Of a stretch of DNA of 64,000 nt, positions 63,789 through 64,000 are shown piece after piece. Position 1 is the first letter of the stretch. Each line of letters starts with the position of its first letter. Both the position numbers and the translations under genes were made by a program. The stretch lies in contig NZ_CANMUA010000012.1 of the NCBI RefSeq assembly GCF_947500995.1, positions 1,300 through 65,299 on the forward strand. The letters run 5' to 3'. The DNA is from an uncultured Serinicoccus sp. GTDB lineage: Bacteria; Actinomycetota; Actinomycetes; Actinomycetales; Dermatophilaceae. The notes below the pieces were generated by a model. That model searched no databases and had not been told where the DNA came from. It saw nothing but the letters and a program-made list of their open reading frames with translations.

Positions 63789-64000
63789 CGGGCCACTCCG
63801 GTCGTCCGGGCAAGCGCGGGCTCAGCGATCCTCCTTGCAGCCTCCATCCTTGCCCGAGCCGCGGATGCGACACCGTCGGCATGCCGGCCGATCCGCTGAG
63901 TGCCCTCGGCCACCACATCCAGCCGGTCACCAGCCTCGTGGGTGAAAACCGTCGCCCCCCTCAGAGACTGGCGCCAGGCCTCGGCCGTCGTCTCGACCTC
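63785..64000 (-). CDS. hypothetical protein, C-terminal fragment (start beyond the window end)
   Basis: The frame is open from base 64000 down to TGA 63785-63787 (...EAWRQSLRGATVFTHEAGDRLDVVAEGTQRIGRHADGVASAARARMEAARRIAEPALARTTGVAR). It is not in the ORF track because no start lies in the window. Confidence 0.4.
   Translation of the reverse strand, partial: EVETTAEAWRQSLRGATVFTHEAGDRLDVVAEGTQRIGRHADGVASAARARMEAARRIAEPALARTTGVAR

Larger units (their letters stand above)
55000..64000. mobile_element. putative integrated genomic island (left end near 55.0 kb, right end beyond the window)
   Basis: GC content drops visibly around 54990-55190, 56310-56660 and 59700-60350. A tyrosine integrase gene sits at the edge. 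The remaining content is a STAND NTPase plus ORFs with no recognisable family. No att repeat can be defined without the other end. Confidence 0.45.

Overview
This is a very GC-rich, gene-dense chromosomal segment. It looks like an Actinomycetota genome: G/C at almost every third codon position, many GTG/TTG starts, frequent ATGA/GTGA start-stop overlaps, a mycothiol-type DinB enzyme, arr, and an AldO-like oxidase. About 55 protein genes and one tRNA-Val can be supported. From left to right the window holds: (1) a Hen1/Pnkp RNA-repair cassette, with hen1 cut by the window edge; (2) a lower-GC patch with small ORFs and a NYN/YacP-like gene; (3) a cell-wall-anchored RCC1 propeller protein; (4) a BAAT-type hydrolase, a Bcr-type MFS pump, a DinB/MPI-family enzyme and rifampin ADP-ribosyltransferase; (5) an ORF-poor stretch next to tRNA-Val; (6) a secreted S1 protease, a class IV aminotransferase and pta-ackA; (7) a convergent intergenic region filled with 27-32 bp repeats; (8) an alpha-galactosidase/alditol-oxidase/galactokinase operon; (9) a second S1 protease; (10) an 8-gene operon next to a LacI regulator, made of a Liv-type ABC importer plus Gfo/Idh/MocA, DUF993 and a TIM-barrel enzyme; (11) a 1419-aa secreted PQQ-dehydrogenase-like multidomain protein that carries the same operator motif; (12) an MFS and a HAD gene; (13) a 7-gene translationally coupled operon with a GTP cyclohydrolase II-reductase fusion, CDP-alcohol phosphatidyltransferase, MDR dehydrogenase, PTPS-like protein, GT4, methyltransferase and a flippase-like protein; (14) a NarL-type two-component system with a MacB/FtsX-type ABC exporter; (15) RNase J; (16) from about 55.0 kb, an integrase-bounded accessory island that runs past the window end. 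The 7-gene operon is my best candidate for an undescribed pathway. The island carries an effector-less STAND NTPase with ten near-identical 126-bp TPR repeats and several orphan genes. I saw no rRNA, CRISPR array or transposase. All functional calls come from reading motifs in the supplied translations; no database search was possible.
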